Source: Actinomycetota bacterium (GTDB lineage: Bacteria > Actinomycetota > Geothermincolia > Geothermincolales > RBG-13-55-18). From it: DNA of 64,000 nt. Positions within the stretch are counted from its first letter, which is position 1. Each line of letters opens with the position of its first letter. Positions 62,264 through 64,000 of this stretch are shown here, piece after piece. The notes beneath the pieces are model-generated. The model had not been told where the DNA came from. It saw nothing but the letters and a program-made list of their open reading frames with translations, and searched no databases. The stretch is from positions 5,523 through 69,522 of the forward strand of contig JABLXL010000006.1 in assembly GCA_013178005.1 (NCBI GenBank). Direction: 5' to 3'. The translations under genes and the position numbers were made by a program.

Positions 62264-62291
62264 TTGTCCGCCACGTCCCATGGGTTATAAT
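62264..62291 (+). promoter_or_regulatory. Promoter of the tRNA gene
   Basis: TTGTCC-N16-TATAAT, 20 bp upstream of the tRNA. Confidence 0.55.
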
Positions 62292-62310
62292 ATTCTCCTG
62301 GAATGGACGA

Positions 62311-62386
62311 GGGCCCATAGCTCAGTCGGCAGAGCAGCGGACTCATAATCCGCGTGTCGTAGGTTCGAGTCCTACTGGGCCCACCA
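62311..62386 (+). tRNA. tRNA with CAT anticodon, most likely tRNA-Ile2 (lysidine); elongator Met is the alternative
   Basis: GGGCCCA/TGGGCCC acceptor stem, TAGCTCAG D-arm, GCGGA-CTCATAA-TCCGC anticodon arm, GGTTCGAGTCC T-arm, encoded CCA. Confidence 0.93.
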
Positions 62387-62508
62387 GTAAAAGGCCAGGT
62401 CAGAGGTATAATACCGAAGACCTGGTTTGTATATTAATGGTAAAATAATGGGATAATGTGGTAAATGCCCCACCTATGCCCTGTCCCTCATAATACAATC
62501 ATCATTAC

Positions 62509-63735
62509 TCAAGGGGTCTTCTTGTATACTTGCGTCGATGAGATTAGTGCCTCTAGCCCAAAAATATGACGCTCAACAGCTGATTGAAAGAGGTGCCCAT
62601 AAGTATCGAAAGTAACATTAATGCTGCAATGCCCCATTAATGATTGAAGCGTCTTCGGGTCGGTTCCCGCTTCGATAGACAGGCTGGCAAATGTGTGGCG
62701 AAGGGACTGAAAATCGACCTTTCTAATCCCTGCCCTTTGGAGTGCATTAGCTAGAGTGCGCTGGGTTAGATTATTGGAGTTCAAATGTTTCCCATTCTTG
62801 CTAGTGAACACAAGGTCGTCAGGCTTAGTTTCCTTTGACTTAGCTTTATGCTCTTTTAACAGCTCAACTAGAACAGGCGGAATAGGCACTATCCTTTTAC
62901 CCTTTTCTGTCTTTGGGGTGCCCTCACGATGTTTTGGGTCGTATGTCTTCCTTACATAAATTGTGCCGCTAACGATGTCTATATCCCCCCACGTCAGCGC
63001 TATTATTTCCCCTTGCCGTAGACCTGCGAAACAAGCTGTACCGAAGAGTGCTTTCTCGCTTGGGCTTGAACACGCCTCCAATAAACGATTTACTTCAGAA
63101 ATGTTCAAGTAATCATGCTCGCGCCTCTCTTGCCTGGGGGCCCTTACGCCTAAGGTTGGGTCCATGTGAATGAACTGTCTTATGCTGGGATGACGTAATA
63201 TTGCCCGTAAAACCCTAATAATCTTTGCCCGCGTCGAGGCGCTTAGGAAATGCTTCTCCCCCGGCTTTGAAGCTTTAAGAGACTCCCGCTCCGAAAGATA
63301 TATTTTGAACTCCTCTACATCTTGAGGTGTGATATAGCTAATTCGAATCTTACCAAAATAAGGTATTAAATAATTCTCGATTATCTGCGCGTAATCATCG
63401 TAGGTATTAGGTTTTATTTCTTCACGTTTGTATATGAGAAAATCGTGGCAGACTTTGTCAAAAGGAGGTGCTTCCCAAGGGAGAGAACGCCCCATAGTGA
63501 GCGCTTCCTTAATCTCATCCCTTAAAGCCTCTGCATCCTTTATCAATTTACCGGCAGAACGTTCATGCCATTTACCATTGCGGTCCTTCCAGCGTACGAC
63601 GAAACGGTCGGCAGGGATATGAGTATCGCCGCGCTCTTTAGCTCTCTCTTTCTTGGGTTTATTTCTGTTGTAAATCCTCACGTGTGGTCGCACAGCCTCA
63701 ATCCTTTTTCTCCCGTTTGAGCTTCTCGTAATCAT
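62509..63735 (-). CDS. Tyrosine recombinase / phage-type integrase
   Basis: AGLRQGE (R), TPKT (K), QSLRHT (R), MGH, TYGH (Y); SAM-like N-terminal domain. Confidence 0.93.
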   Translation of the reverse strand: MITRSSNGRKRIEAVRPHVRIYNRNKPKKERAKERGDTHIPADRFVVRWKDRNGKWHERSAGKLIKDAEALRDEIKEALTMGRSLPWEAPPFDKVCHDFLIYKREEIKPNTYDDYAQIIENYLIPYFGKIRISYITPQDVEEFKIYLSERESLKASKPGEKHFLSASTRAKIIRVLRAILRHPSIRQFIHMDPTLGVRAPRQERREHDYLNISEVNRLLEACSSPSEKALFGTACFAGLRQGEIIALTWGDIDIVSGTIYVRKTYDPKHREGTPKTEKGKRIVPIPPVLVELLKEHKAKSKETKPDDLVFTSKNGKHLNSNNLTQRTLANALQRAGIRKVDFQSLRHTFASLSIEAGTDPKTLQSLMGHCSINVTFDTYGHLFQSAVERHIFGLEALISSTQVYKKTP

Positions 63736-64000
63736 TTATCAAGCCTGATTCATCCTCATAAGCAGCGTCAGGGAAATCGCGGTTCCATTCCTCGAGCTTC
63801 TGCTTCCACGAGCCGGCAGAGCTTTTCACAAAAGGAACGAGGTGTCTCCTTCTTACATAGGCTGCCCTGGCCCTGGCGCGCCCTCCGCATAAGTAGTCAC
63901 AATACTTCTGTTTTCCCGCAGGGGCGTAGAACTTCTTGCAGTAATAATTTGCACAACGCCTTAATTCCCGTGTGCCCACAATTACCTCGAGGCATTGCAG
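63698..64000 (-). CDS. 3' part of a zinc-finger (CGNR-like) protein; start is outside the window
   Basis: RRCANYYCKKFY...QKYCDYLCGGRAR four-Cys motif; frame open to position 64000; overlaps the integrase start. Confidence 0.6.
   Translation of the reverse strand: MQCLEVIVGTRELRRCANYYCKKFYAPAGKQKYCDYLCGGRARARAAYVRRRHLVPFVKSSAGSWKQKLEEWNRDFPDAAYEDESGLINDYEKLKREKKD

Larger units (their letters stand above)
62387..64000. mobile_element. Edge of an integrative element or prophage inserted at the tRNA 3' end
   Basis: Abrupt drop in GC after the tRNA CCA; adjacent convergent integrase; element runs off the window. Confidence 0.8.

Noticed and set aside
62311-62386. Initiator tRNA-fMet
   Set aside because: It has a paired G1-C72 and lacks the three consecutive G-C pairs at the base of the anticodon stem.

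Overview
GC-rich bacterial chromosomal segment. An anaerobic actinomycetote is likely (the WYFAEGYTG-repeat surface protein suggests Ca. Geothermincolia; this is inference only). The housekeeping backbone is hom-thrC-apgM, tal-rho-rpmE-prfA-prmC, greA-lysS and clpC-radA-disA-carD-yacL-ispD-ispF, plus nth and a tRNA(CAT). Five accessory modules interrupt it. (1) An archaeal-type cyclic 2,3-diphosphoglycerate cluster (metallophosphoesterase, cpgS, 2-phosphoglycerate kinase). (2) A type I restriction-modification locus with an AbiE type IV toxin-antitoxin pair and its 18-bp inverted-repeat operator inserted between hsdM and hsdS. (3) A cobalamin-riboswitch-headed locus encoding a beta-propeller surface protein, a DUF4430 protein, an ECF transporter and an alpha/alpha-barrel protein. 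(4) A methyltransferase-CooC-ABC-TsaA-flavin reductase operon behind an unrecognised structured leader with a terminator. (5) The edge of a low-GC integrative element at the tRNA. Several intergenic tandem or direct repeats are present; none is a CRISPR array. Product calls come from motif recognition by eye, not from database searches.
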